Shown here piece after piece: positions 43,877-53,467 of a DNA stretch of 64,000 nt. A program made the position numbers and the translations under genes. This DNA comes from an uncultured Chloroflexia bacterium (GTDB taxonomy: Bacteria; Chloroflexota; Limnocylindria; Limnocylindrales; CSP1-4). The notes under the pieces are model-generated. The model worked only from the letters and a program-made list of their open reading frames with translations. It did not search any database and was not told the origin of the DNA. Positions within the stretch are counted from its first letter, which is position 1; each line of letters starts with the position of its first letter. The DNA is taken from assembly GCA_963738685.1 (NCBI GenBank), contig CAVTXK010000002.1:944168-1008167 (forward strand), in the 5' to 3' direction.

Positions 43877-46800
43877 ATCGACGACGCCGCCCCTGCGCGG
43901 CCGACGCGGGCGGGACCGGCGGATCGCCGAGCAGGTCGCGAAGGACTTCGCTGCTCGCCACGCCCCGCCGCGCGACGACGAAGTGCTCGACTTCGACGTC
44001 GGAGCGGTCGACGCGGAGGTCGAGGACGTCCGACAGGCCGAGGCGCGAGCCCCGCGTCCATCGAAGGCTACGAAGCCGAAGCCGCGGTCCGGGGAGCCTC
44101 GGATCGGCGCCGGACACCGCCTGCCCGATCTCTCGGCGCTCCCGTCGCTCCTGGCCGCGACCGGCTCGTTCGGGGCGCTCCGGGAACGGCTGGGCAGCCC
44201 CGCCGACATCGGGCGAGTGGGGCGGCATGCCGGGCTCGTGGCGGTGCCCCACGGCGCGAAGTCGTACCTCGCCGCGACGATCGCGCTGGAGGAACGGATC
44301 GTCTGGATCGCCCGGGACGCTGAGATCGGTGACCGCGTGGCCGAGGAGCTCGGGGCGTGGCTCGGCGATCCGGCGCGGGTCGCGGTCCTGGAACCGCGAA
44401 CGGCGCTGGCCTACGAACGCAGCGAGCTGGTGGCCGACGAGACCGCCGCCCGGGTCGCGGCGCTGGCCGCCTGGCGGAGCGGCAGGGCCCAGGTGCTGGT
44501 CGCGAGCGTCCAGGCGCTGCTCCAGCACACCATCGCGCCGGATGACCTCCCGGCCGAACCGCGCGAGCTCGCGGTCGGTGCACGTGTCCACCAGGACGCG
44601 CTGCTGCGGGACCTGCTCGATCTGGGTTACAGCCCCGTGACCGAGGTCGCCGGCCGCGGCGAGTTCGCGCGGCGGGGCGGCATCGTCGACATCTTCCCGC
44701 CTTCGATGGACTTTCCGATCCGCCTCGAATTCTTCGGCGACGAGATCGACTCGCTCCGCGCGTTCGACCCGACCGACCAGCGGACGACCGGAAAGGTCGA
44801 GCGGGCCGTGCTCCTGCCCGCGTCGGAGTTCCTGTTGCCGACTGCGGGCGTGGCCGCGATCCGCGCGCGGCTCGGCCGGGCGGCCAGTCGACTGCCCGAG
44901 CGGCTCGGGATGGACCTCGCTCGCTTCGAGGGCTCGGCCGACGACCCTTTGCGACCCCGCGCCGCGGGCGCATCACGGGCGCTCGCCGTGGGCGATGCCG
45001 CCGAGGTGTGGGCCACCCAGCTCGCGCCGGCGACCGGGCTCGACCACGTGGACCCGGGCACGGTCTTCGTCCTCGACGAGCCCGGCGACATCGCCGAGGC
45101 CGCCGCGTTCCTGTGGCGCCAGGCCGATGAGCGTCGCGGCGAGCTGGTCGAGGCCGGCGAGCTGCCGAAGGACTGGCCCTCGACCTATCTGCCGCCACGC
45201 GACTGGAAGGGACGCCTCGTCGCGTCGCGGACCCTGGAGCTCACGTGGGAGTCGGAGCCCCCGTCGGGCGTCGCGATGGCGTCCCGCGGGAAGAGCTCGG
45301 GCGACCTGTTCGGCTGGCGCGAGCCGGTCCTGCCGCTCGGTCGGGCGACTCGGCTGGATGAGGCGGTCAGCGGCTGGCGCGAGGACGGTGGCCGGATCGT
45401 GCTCGCGAGCGACCAGGCGCCCCGGCTCGGCGAGGTCCTCGAGGAGGCCGGCCATCCGGTGGCTGTCCTGGACCGGATCGTCGAGCCGCCGCCGCCGGGC
45501 GCGATCGCTCTCGTCGCGCGCAGCCTGAACGGCGGGTTCCTCGGCGGCCCGGACGGCCTCGTGTTCGTCACGGACCGCGAGCTGTTCGGCACGGTCCGCG
45601 TCCGCCGGCCGAAGGCGCTGCGACGGGTCGTGCCGCGCGACATCCTCGAGCGGCTGACGCCCGGAGATCTCGTCGTCCACATCGACCATGGCGTCGCGCG
45701 CTACGAGCAGATGCTCCGGCGCGGGCCGGAGGGCGGCGAACGCGACTACCTCGAGCTGTCGTTCGCCGCGGGCGACCGCATCTTCGTGCCGGTCGAGCAG
45801 ATCGGGCGCGTGACCCGCTACGCCGGCGGGGAGCGGCCGCAGCTCAGCAAGCTCGGCGGCGCCGAGTGGCTACGCGCCAAGCAGCGCGTCCGCAACGCCG
45901 TCGCGGACCTCGCCGACGAGCTCCTGGCGCTGTATGCCGCACGGACGGCGGCCCAGGGCCACGCGTTCGGGGACGACACGCCGTGGCAGCAGGAGATGGA
46001 GGCGTCGTTCCCGTACGAGGAGACCATCGACCAGCTGCGCGCGTCCGCCGAGATCAAGGCCGACATGGAACGCCAGCAGCCGATGGACCGGCTCGTCGTC
46101 GGCGACGTCGGCTACGGCAAGACCGAGGTCGCGCTGCGCGGTGCGTTCAAGGCGACCCAGGACGGCAAGCAGGTCGCGGTTCTCGTGCCGACGACCGTCC
46201 TGGCCGCCCAGCACCACGCGACGTTCAGCCAGCGCTTCGCGGCCTTCCCGCTGGAGGTCCGCATCCTGTCCCGGTTCGTGCCGGCCAAGGAGCAGGCGGC
46301 GACGATCGCCGGCCTGGCCGACGGGACCGTGGACATCGTGATCGGTACGCATCGGTTGCTCAGCAAGGACGTCCGGTTCAAGGACCTCGGGCTCGTCGTC
46401 GTCGACGAGGAGCAGCGGTTCGGGGTGGCCGCCAAGGAACGGCTCAAGCAGCTCCGTCGCGAGGTCGACGTGCTGACGCTGTCGGCCACGCCGATCCCGC
46501 GGACGCTGAACCTCGCCATGGCCGGGATCCGCGACCTCAGCGTCATCGAGACGCCGCCGGAGGACCGGCTCCCGATCCAGACCCGGGTCGCCGAGGCGTC
46601 CGCCGGCCTCGTCCGCGACGCGATCCTGCGCGAGCTCGACCGCGGCGGCCAGGCCTTCTACGTCCACAACCGGGTCGAGACGATCGAGGCGCAGGCCGAG
46701 CAGTTGCGGCGGCTGCTCCCCGATGCCCGCTTCGTGGTCGGGCACGGCCAGATGCCGGAGGGCGCGCTCGAGAAGGTCATGATCGCCTTCGCCGACGGCG

Positions 46801-47705
46801 CGGCGGACGTGCTGGTCTGCACGACGATCATCGAGTCCGGACTGGACATCCCGAACGCGAACACGATCATCATCGATCGCGCGGACACGCTCGGTCTGGC
46901 GCAGCTGTACCAGCTTCGCGGGCGGGTGGGTCGGTCGGCGCGGCGGGCCTACGCGTACCTGCTGTATCGGCGCCGCGAGCGGCTGTCGGACGAGGCACGC
47001 AAGCGGCTGCAGGCCATCTTCAACGCCTCGGAACTGGGCGCCGGGTTCCAGATCGCCCTGTCCGACCTCGAGATCCGGGGGGCCGGCAACATCCTCGGCG
47101 GCGAGCAGTCGGGGCACATGGCGGCGGTCGGCTTCGACCTGTACTCGCGGATGCTCGGCGAGGCGGTCGAGGAGCAGAAGGCGAAGCACGAGGGTCGCGC
47201 CCCGATCGTCGAGGCGCCGCAGGCCGTCATCGACCTGCCGGTCGACGCGCATCTGCCCGACGACTACGTCCCGGACGAGGCCCAGAAGCTCGAGCTGTAT
47301 CGACGGCTGGCCCGGGCCCGCTCGGCCGGTGACATCGCGGCGTTCCGCCAGGAGGTCGCGGATCGGTTCGGCGCGATGCCGGAGTCGGTCCAGCGGCTGG
47401 TCGAGGTGGCGGAGCTGCGGTTGGCCGCAGAGGCCGCCGGCATCGGGTCGATCTCGCGCGAGGAGGGCTGGCTGGTCATCCGCTTCGGGGCGTCGCTGAC
47501 GCGGTCGGCGGCGATGCGGCTCCTCGGCGACGGTGGCCTGCCCGGCGTCAAGCCGTCCGACGTCACGTTCGCCAGCAACCAGGTCCGGATCCGCGCCCCG
47601 CAGCAGCCGGTCCGTGCCTGGCAGCTGACCCAGGCCGTGGTCGCGCGGCTCTCGATGGACCGCGCCGTCCCCGCTACGGCCGCTACGGGCGCTACGGCCG
47701 GCTGA
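43869..47705 (+). CDS. mfd: transcription-repair coupling factor Mfd
   Basis: The ATG at 43869 overlaps the pth end. CarD-like HIDHGVARY. Helicase motifs GDVGYGKTEVA, VVDEEQRFG, LSATPIPRT and QLRGRVGRS. A TRG/D7 C-terminus. About 95 aa of low-complexity N-terminal extension. Confidence 0.95.
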   Translation: MPESTTPPLRGRRGRDRRIAEQVAKDFAARHAPPRDDEVLDFDVGAVDAEVEDVRQAEARAPRPSKATKPKPRSGEPRIGAGHRLPDLSALPSLLAATGSFGALRERLGSPADIGRVGRHAGLVAVPHGAKSYLAATIALEERIVWIARDAEIGDRVAEELGAWLGDPARVAVLEPRTALAYERSELVADETAARVAALAAWRSGRAQVLVASVQALLQHTIAPDDLPAEPRELAVGARVHQDALLRDLLDLGYSPVTEVAGRGEFARRGGIVDIFPPSMDFPIRLEFFGDEIDSLRAFDPTDQRTTGKVERAVLLPASEFLLPTAGVAAIRARLGRAASRLPERLGMDLARFEGSADDPLRPRAAGASRALAVGDAAEVWATQLAPATGLDHVDPGTVFVLDEPGDIAEAAAFLWRQADERRGELVEAGELPKDWPSTYLPPRDWKGRLVASRTLELTWESEPPSGVAMASRGKSSGDLFGWREPVLPLGRATRLDEAVSGWREDGGRIVLASDQAPRLGEVLEEAGHPVAVLDRIVEPPPPGAIALVARSLNGGFLGGPDGLVFVTDRELFGTVRVRRPKALRRVVPRDILERLTPGDLVVHIDHGVARYEQMLRRGPEGGERDYLELSFAAGDRIFVPVEQIGRVTRYAGGERPQLSKLGGAEWLRAKQRVRNAVADLADELLALYAARTAAQGHAFGDDTPWQQEMEASFPYEETIDQLRASAEIKADMERQQPMDRLVVGDVGYGKTEVALRGAFKATQDGKQVAVLVPTTVLAAQHHATFSQRFAAFPLEVRILSRFVPAKEQAATIAGLADGTVDIVIGTHRLLSKDVRFKDLGLVVVDEEQRFGVAAKERLKQLRREVDVLTLSATPIPRTLNLAMAGIRDLSVIETPPEDRLPIQTRVAEASAGLVRDAILRELDRGGQAFYVHNRVETIEAQAEQLRRLLPDARFVVGHGQMPEGALEKVMIAFADGAADVLVCTTIIESGLDIPNANTIIIDRADTLGLAQLYQLRGRVGRSARRAYAYLLYRRRERLSDEARKRLQAIFNASELGAGFQIALSDLEIRGAGNILGGEQSGHMAAVGFDLYSRMLGEAVEEQKAKHEGRAPIVEAPQAVIDLPVDAHLPDDYVPDEAQKLELYRRLARARSAGDIAAFRQEVADRFGAMPESVQRLVEVAELRLAAEAAGIGSISREEGWLVIRFGASLTRSAAMRLLGDGGLPGVKPSDVTFASNQVRIRAPQQPVRAWQLTQAVVARLSMDRAVPATAATGATAG

Positions 47706-48066
47706 CGCGCGCTCCCTGCCCCGCCAGCCACTCGGTGCGCGCCAGTCGATAGAAGACATGGCCCACCAGATCGGGGTAGGCAATTGGATCCACCCGTGGA
47801 TGGTCGAAGTCGCCGGACGGGTCGCGCCGCAGGCCGATGCGCTCCATGACCCGCCACGAGCGCTCGTTCTGCGGCACCGTGAACGAGACGACCTCGTCGA
47901 GGCCGACCTCCTCGAAGCCGTAGCGCAGCGCTTCGCGGGCAGACCGGTCGCGCGGCGTCAGGCCCTGCATGTGCTCCATGACGACGGGATCCGCGTTGAG
48001 CGCGGCGAAGGGGTCGCGGTCCTCGTCCCGCCATCGTCGCAGGAGCAGTCGCTCGGTCGTGATCAT
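47692..48066 (-). CDS. GNAT-family acetyltransferase remnant (RimJ/RimL-like) with an internal in-frame deletion
   Basis: ATG 4 nt after GGAGG. MITTERLLLRRWRDEDRDPFAALNADPVVMEHM then jumps directly to AREALRYGFEEVGLDEVVSFTVPQNERSWRVMERIGLRRD. About 60-70 central residues, including the acetyl-CoA binding segment, are absent relative to family members as I remember them. Confidence 0.6.
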   Translation of the reverse strand: MITTERLLLRRWRDEDRDPFAALNADPVVMEHMQGLTPRDRSAREALRYGFEEVGLDEVVSFTVPQNERSWRVMERIGLRRDPSGDFDHPRVDPIAYPDLVGHVFYRLARTEWLAGQGARVSRP

Positions 48067-48099
48067 CGAACCTCCGGAGGGGTGTGCCACCATCTTCCC

Positions 48100-49041
48100 A
48101 TGCGACCTTTCACGTTCCTCGCCAGCGTCCAGGATGTCTTCGACGGCCCGACCCTGGCCGAGACCGCGCGACGCGCGGAGTCGATCGGGTACGACGCCGT
48201 CCTGATCCCGGACCACCTCATCGCGCAGTTGTCGCCGGTGCCCGCGATGGCGACCATCGCGGCCGCCACGACCCGGTTGCGCATCGGGACGTTCGTCCTG
48301 AACAACGACCTGCGCCATCCGGCGGTGCTCGCCCAGGATCTCGCCTCGCTCGATGTGCTCAGCGGTGGCCGCCTGGACATCGCGATCGGGGCGGGCTGGC
48401 GGAAGGAGGAGTACGACGCCATCGGGCTCGCCTTCGACGACGGGCCGACCCGGGTGGCCCGCCTGGCGGAGTCCATCGCGGTGCTCAAGGGCTGCTTCGC
48501 CGACGACCCATTCACCTTCGCCGGCGAGCACTACACGATCACCGACTACGACGCCCAGCCGAAGCCGGTCCAGCGGCCGCACCCGCCGTTGATGATCGGT
48601 GGTGGCGGGCGGCGCATCCTGACGCTGGCCGGCCGAGAGGCGGACGTCGTGGGACTGGCACCGCGGACGCTCCGGGAGCAGCGGACGGATCCGCGCAGCA
48701 TCACGCTGGCCGCGACGGCCGAGAAGATCGCGTGGGCCCGGGAGGCCGCCGGGGACCGGGCCGACGAACTGGTATTCAACGTGTATCCCTCGGGTGGGCC
48801 GGTCGTCGTGACCGACGATGCCCGCGGCGAAGCTCGGAACCGGGCGGACCAGTTCCGCGCGCGAAGCGGCATCGAATCGACGATCGAGGAGGTCCTCGAG
48901 TCGCCCCATACGTACATCGGCTCGATCGAGGGGTTCGTCGAGAAGTTCACGATGCTGCGCGAGCGACTCGGGATCAGCTCGTTCATGGTCGGCGACATCG
49001 ACGAGATGGCCCCGGTCGTGGAGCGCCTCGCCGGATCGTGA
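48100..49041 (+). CDS. LLM-class (luciferase-like) flavin/F420-dependent oxidoreductase
   Basis: MRPFTFLASV...AESIGYDAVLIPDHL, LRIGTFVLNNDLRHPAVLAQDLASLDVLSGGRLDIAIGAGW and PHPPLMIGGGG. Confidence 0.78.
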   Translation: MRPFTFLASVQDVFDGPTLAETARRAESIGYDAVLIPDHLIAQLSPVPAMATIAAATTRLRIGTFVLNNDLRHPAVLAQDLASLDVLSGGRLDIAIGAGWRKEEYDAIGLAFDDGPTRVARLAESIAVLKGCFADDPFTFAGEHYTITDYDAQPKPVQRPHPPLMIGGGGRRILTLAGREADVVGLAPRTLREQRTDPRSITLAATAEKIAWAREAAGDRADELVFNVYPSGGPVVVTDDARGEARNRADQFRARSGIESTIEEVLESPHTYIGSIEGFVEKFTMLRERLGISSFMVGDIDEMAPVVERLAGS

Positions 49042-49189
49042 GTCGGGGCCCTCGGCGACCCGGGGTCCCGGCGGCGCGGGCCTAGCCGGCCCGCGGGCCA
49101 CGCTCCGGGGCTGCGCCGACCCGGGGGTCCTGCCGACCCGGCGCTCGGGCTGAGCCCGGGTCCCGGCGGGCCGGGCTGTGCCGACCGGG

Positions 49190-49365
49190 GACCGCCCCCC
49201 ACCCGGCGCTCGCGCCGACCGAGCGACCGCGCCCCACCCGGCCCTCGCGCCGACCGAGCGACCGCCCCCACCCGGCCCTCGCGCCGACCGAGCGACCGCG
49301 CCCCACCCGGCCCTCGCGCCGACCGAGCGACCGCGCCCCACCCGGCCCTCGCGCCGACCGAGGGT
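49190..49365. repeat. tandem array, ~4.5 copies of a 34/35-bp unit cgcgccgaccgagcgaccgcgccccacccggccct
   Basis: Units begin at 49211, 49246, 49280 and 49315. One unit is 1 nt shorter. Degenerate copies flank the array. No spacers separate the units. Confidence 0.88.
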
Positions 49366-49912
49366 CTCGCCGACCGGGGGCCTCGGCGGGCGGGGCGTTC
49401 TGCCGGCCTGGGTCGCGCCTTGTGGTCGCGGTTATTCACCCCGTTGCTAGGAACGGCATATCGAGGGTCATACCGGGGTCGATCGGTGGGGTTTCACGCT
49501 CGCGAGCGGTGCGCTTACGCTCGGATTCGGGCGGCCGCGAGTCGTTAGGTCGCGGCTTAGGCCAGTCCTAGTCATGGGATGCATCGGCCGCGCCTTAGCG
49601 CGTCTGGGGCCGCGATCGTGGGCCAAGCCGGGGCCTGTTTCGAGCGCTGCTGGGCGAGCCACGTTCTTCGAGGCGGTGGCCGGTGGTACGGCCCGCGCCC
49701 GGGTCCGCGAGGCGCCGCAACCCGGCCCGGGGCCGCGCCGCAACCGGTCGGCCCGCGCCTGGGTTCGCGGGGCGCCTCAACCGGCCGCGGCTGCGCCTCA
49801 ACCGGCCGGGGGCCGCGCCGCAACCGGCCGGCGCCGCGTCGCTCCAGCCAGCACCGCGAGGCCAGCCACCACCGCAAGGCGCCCCACCGCTGGTCGATGT
49901 CATGCTTGGACC

Positions 49913-51352
49913 ATGTCATTGAGCCAACGGCCCGACCACGCTCCGGGTCCTGTGGACGACGGCGGTGGGCTGTGGTCGGCGGGTCGGCGGAGCCTGACCG
50001 TCGGGCTCGTTCTGACCGTAACGCTCGTTGCGTTCGAGGCGCTCGCCGTCTCGACGATCATGCCGATCGTCGCGGATGAGCTCGGCAACCTCGAGCTCTA
50101 CGGCTGGGTGTTCACGGCGTTCATGCTCGGCTCGCTGATCGGCATCGTCGTTGTCGGCGGACTCATCGATCGGCGCGGGCTGGGGGTGCCGTTCGTGGCC
50201 GGCATCGCGCTGTTCGCCGCCGGCCTGATCATCGGCGGCCTCGCTCCGTCGATGGAGGTGCTGGTCGCGGCGCGCTTCATCCAGGGTCTCGGTGCCGGGA
50301 CCGTGCCACCGATCGCGTACGTGGCGATCGGGCGGAGCCTGCCGGAGCGGCTGCGACCGCAGATGTTCGCCACGCTCTCCACGGCCTGGGTGCTCCCCGG
50401 CGTGCTCGGACCCGCGATCGCCGGTGTCGTCGGGGAGTCCATCGGCTGGCGCTTCGTGTTCCTTGGCCTGCTGCCGCTGATCGCCGTCTCCGCCGGCATC
50501 GCCTACCCGCAGGTCCGACGGATCCGGCCAGACCCGGCCGCCGGCGCGACCGCCGCGACGCTGCGGCGGCGCCTTCCGCTCGCCCTGGTGGTCGCAGCGG
50601 GGACGGGACTGCTGTTGGGCGGATTGACGAGCGGGCAGCCGGTATTGTTGGTGGCCATGGGCGGGATCGGGCTCGCCATGGCGATCCTCGCGCTGCGACG
50701 CCTCACGCCGCCTGGCACCCTGCGCGCGGCCCGCGGCATGCCGACGGCCGTGCTGATGCGCGGCATCATCACGTTCGCCTTCTTCGGGGTCGATGCGTAC
50801 ATCGCCCTCGTCCTCGTGGACTGGCGCGGCCTGAGCGCGATCCAGGCCGGTCTGAGCCTGACCGCGGCGACCTTCACGTGGACCGCTGGCTCGTGGATCC
50901 AGGCCCGCCTTGCCCCTCGTTTTCCGCCGGACCGCTTCGTGCGAGCCGGCGTCGTGGTCCTGATCGCCGGGATCGCGAGTTTCATGCTCGTGCTGCTCCC
51001 TGAGGTCTCGCCGTGGCTGTCGATCCCAACCCTGGGTCTCGCCGGGCTGGGGATGGGCCTCGCCTACTCGCCCCTCGCGCTCATCGTGTTGCGCGAGGCG
51101 GCGACCGGCGAACAGGGTCAGGCCTCCTCCGCGTTGTCGCTCACGGACTCCCTCGGCACGGCGCTCGGCACCGGCGTGACCGGGGCGGCCGTCGCGTTCG
51201 CCGTGCGCGCCGGCGAGGGTCCGGCACCGGGTCTCCTCGCCGGGTTCGCCGTGGCCCTGGCCGTTGCGGTCGGTGGTCTCCTCATCAGCGGGCGCCTGCG
51301 AACGGCGCGGATCCCCGAGCGACCGGGGTCGCTGGTGGCCAGCGAGGCGTAG
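49913..51352 (+). CDS. MFS transporter (DHA2/EmrB-like, 12-14 TM)
   Basis: I chose the ATG at 49913 (MSLSQRPDH...). LTVTLVAFEALAVSTIMPIVADELG, GGLIDRRG, and many TM segments. The in-frame upstream stretch from 49574 looks non-coding. Confidence 0.85.
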   Translation: MSLSQRPDHAPGPVDDGGGLWSAGRRSLTVGLVLTVTLVAFEALAVSTIMPIVADELGNLELYGWVFTAFMLGSLIGIVVVGGLIDRRGLGVPFVAGIALFAAGLIIGGLAPSMEVLVAARFIQGLGAGTVPPIAYVAIGRSLPERLRPQMFATLSTAWVLPGVLGPAIAGVVGESIGWRFVFLGLLPLIAVSAGIAYPQVRRIRPDPAAGATAATLRRRLPLALVVAAGTGLLLGGLTSGQPVLLVAMGGIGLAMAILALRRLTPPGTLRAARGMPTAVLMRGIITFAFFGVDAYIALVLVDWRGLSAIQAGLSLTAATFTWTAGSWIQARLAPRFPPDRFVRAGVVVLIAGIASFMLVLLPEVSPWLSIPTLGLAGLGMGLAYSPLALIVLREAATGEQGQASSALSLTDSLGTALGTGVTGAAVAFAVRAGEGPAPGLLAGFAVALAVAVGGLLISGRLRTARIPERPGSLVASEA

Positions 51353-51454
51353 CAGGATGTGGCGGGCGCGCATCGCGCCTGCGGTAGACTTTCGGCCGGC
51401 CCCGTGGCCGAGCCCATCGCTGCGATCCATCGACCCTCTGGAGGTCACACATCG

Positions 51455-51976
51455 ATGTCCGCCGAGGAGCTGCGTGCCAAGATCCGCGAGATCCCGGACT
51501 TCCCCAAGCCCGGCATCCTCTTCTACGACATCACGACGCTGCTCAAGGACGCTGCGGCGTACAAGGAAGCGATCGACCTGATGATCGCGCCATACGCCGG
51601 TGAGCAGATCGACATCGTGGTCGGCATGGAGTCGCGCGGCTTCATCTTCAGCGCGCCGATGGCCTACCAATTGGACGCCGGACTGGTGCCGGTTCGCAAG
51701 CTCGGCAAGCTTCCGGCCGAGACCATCTCCGTCGAGTACGCGCTCGAGTACGGGTCGAACACCCTCGAGATCCACCGCGATGCGGTCCAGCCCGGGCAGA
51801 AGGTACTGATCGTCGACGACCTCCTGGCCACCGGCGGCACCGTCAAGGGCACGATCGAGCTCATCGAGCGGCTCAAGGGGGACGTGGTCGGCCTGGCGTT
51901 CCTCGTCGAGCTGGAATTCCTGAAGGGCCGCGATCGGCTGGAAGGACGCCGGGTCACCAGCGTCGTCCAGTACTGA
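51455..51976 (+). CDS. apt: adenine phosphoribosyltransferase
   Basis: IREIPDFPKPGILFYDITTLL, GMESRGFIF, and the PRPP-binding loop VLIVDDLLATGGT. Confidence 0.95.
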   Translation: MSAEELRAKIREIPDFPKPGILFYDITTLLKDAAAYKEAIDLMIAPYAGEQIDIVVGMESRGFIFSAPMAYQLDAGLVPVRKLGKLPAETISVEYALEYGSNTLEIHRDAVQPGQKVLIVDDLLATGGTVKGTIELIERLKGDVVGLAFLVELEFLKGRDRLEGRRVTSVVQY

Positions 51977-52000
51977 CCGACCCACGCCGAGGCCTCGCCG

Positions 52001-53467
52001 TTGCCCGATCCCGCCGACCCCACACCCGACGACCAGCCGACACCGGCCCCCCCGGCCGAGGGCGCCGACCTGGGCCGTCGCCGATTCTTCCGCCAGTTCG
52101 CGGGGGAGCTGTTCAATGGCGCGGCCGGCGTCGTCGGTGCGGCGCAGGCCCTCCAGCGGGCGTCGGCGGATGCGGCCGGGGCCATCCTGGATCCCGGCTC
52201 GGTGGCCGGTCGCGAGGTTCCCGCTGGACCACCCCCGCCGCCGATCGGGTTCCACACGCCGTACCGCGAGGGTCCGGGCGTCCTGCACATCATCGATCAG
52301 CGCAAGCTGCCCGACGTCCTCGAGGAGTTCAAGGCGCGCTCCGCGGCCGAGGCGGCCTACGCGATCCGCGAGATGATCGTGCGCGGTGCGCCGGCGATCG
52401 GGTCCGTCGCGGCACTGGGGATGGCGTTGACCGCGGACAAGGCGCGGACGACGCGTCCGTACGCCCGTCGCGCCACCCTGCGGGGCGCCGCCAACGCGCT
52501 CATCAACTCGCGCCCCACCGCGGTCAACCTCCGCTGGGCCGTCGAACGCGTGATGGCGGCCTACGACGCGGTCGGCGACCTGAGCGAGGACGGCGACGCC
52601 ATCGCCGACGCGATCCGGGCCGAGGCGGACACGATCGTCTTCGAGACGACCGAGGACCACGGCCGCCTGGCCGCGTTCGGTCTCGAGGCCCTCGAGTTCC
52701 CCGAGGATCGCCCGTTGCAGATCCTCACCCACTGCAACACCGGCCCGCTCGCCTGTGGCCAGTTCGGGACGGCCCTCGGGGTCGTCCAGGCGGCCCACCA
52801 TGCCGGCCGCTCGGTCCACGTCTGGGTCGACGAGACGCGGCCGTACCTCCAGGGCGCGCGGCTGACGGCCTGGGAGCTGGCCCAGGCGGGGGTCCCGCAC
52901 ACGCTCATCGCGGACACCGCCGCCGGTCATCTCATGGCCCGCGGCGAGGTCGATGTCGTGATCGTCGGGGCCGACCGGATCGCGGCGAACGGCGACACGG
53001 CCAATAAGGTCGGGACGTACACCCTGGCCGTGCTGGCGGCCCGCCACGGGATCCCGTTCTACGTGGCCGCACCGATCAGCAGCGTGGATCTCGCGACGCC
53101 TGACGGCGCAGCCATCCCGATCGAGGAGCGCAAGGCCGACGAGGTCCTGTACGTCCGCGGCGTCCGGATCGCCCCGCGGATACCGATGTGCGCAACCCGT
53201 CGTTCGACGTGACGCCGGCCGAGCTCATCACGGGCATCGCGACCGACGAAGGGCTGATCCGGGCGCCGTACGAGGAGGGCCTGGCGGAGGCCGTGGCGCG
53301 ATCGGGAGCAGCGACGGTCGGCGACGCCGCGGTTCGGCGACTGGGCGCCGGCGGCCGCGGCCACGGAACCCGAGGCGGCCGCGGCCACGGAACCCGAGGC
53401 GCCCGCGGCCACGGAACCCGAGCCGCCCGACACCGCCACGAAACCCCCGCAGTCGGTGGCTTCCTGA
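52001..53467 (+). CDS. mtnA: S-methyl-5-thioribose-1-phosphate isomerase (MtnA, eIF-2B family) with ~80-aa N-terminal extension; frameshift in the C-run at 53172-53175 and an uncertain 3' end
   Basis: LHIIDQRKLP, IREMIVRGAPAIG, LTHCNTGPLA, VWVDETRPYLQGARLTAWEL, GADRIAANGDTANKVGTY, and then IAP | ADTDVRNPSFDVTPAELITGIATDEG in the next frame. The stop is assigned tentatively to the TGA at 53465-53467, which overlaps the next ATG. Confidence 0.85.
53351..53422 (+). repeat. three tandem copies of a 24-bp unit gcggccgcggccacggaacccgag
   Basis: Read directly. It lies in the mtnA 3' tail and gives an 8-aa repeat in any frame (AAAATEPE or GGRGHGTR). Confidence 0.85.

Noticed and set aside
49441-49520. 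A ykkC/guanidine-type riboswitch upstream of the MFS gene, suggested by the gctaggaacgg segment.
   Set aside because: The similarity is limited to a few nucleotides. The conserved GGGA and ACGR elements and the spacing I recall for ykkC are not present. The segment is more than 330 nt from the start codon.
49574-49912. An in-frame N-terminal extension of the MFS transporter, from the ORF track start at 49574.
   Set aside because: The extension translates to Arg/Pro/Ala/Gly low-complexity sequence. It overlaps the dispersed 20-bp DNA repeats and has no signal or TM character. The ATG at 49913 gives a normal MFS N-terminus.
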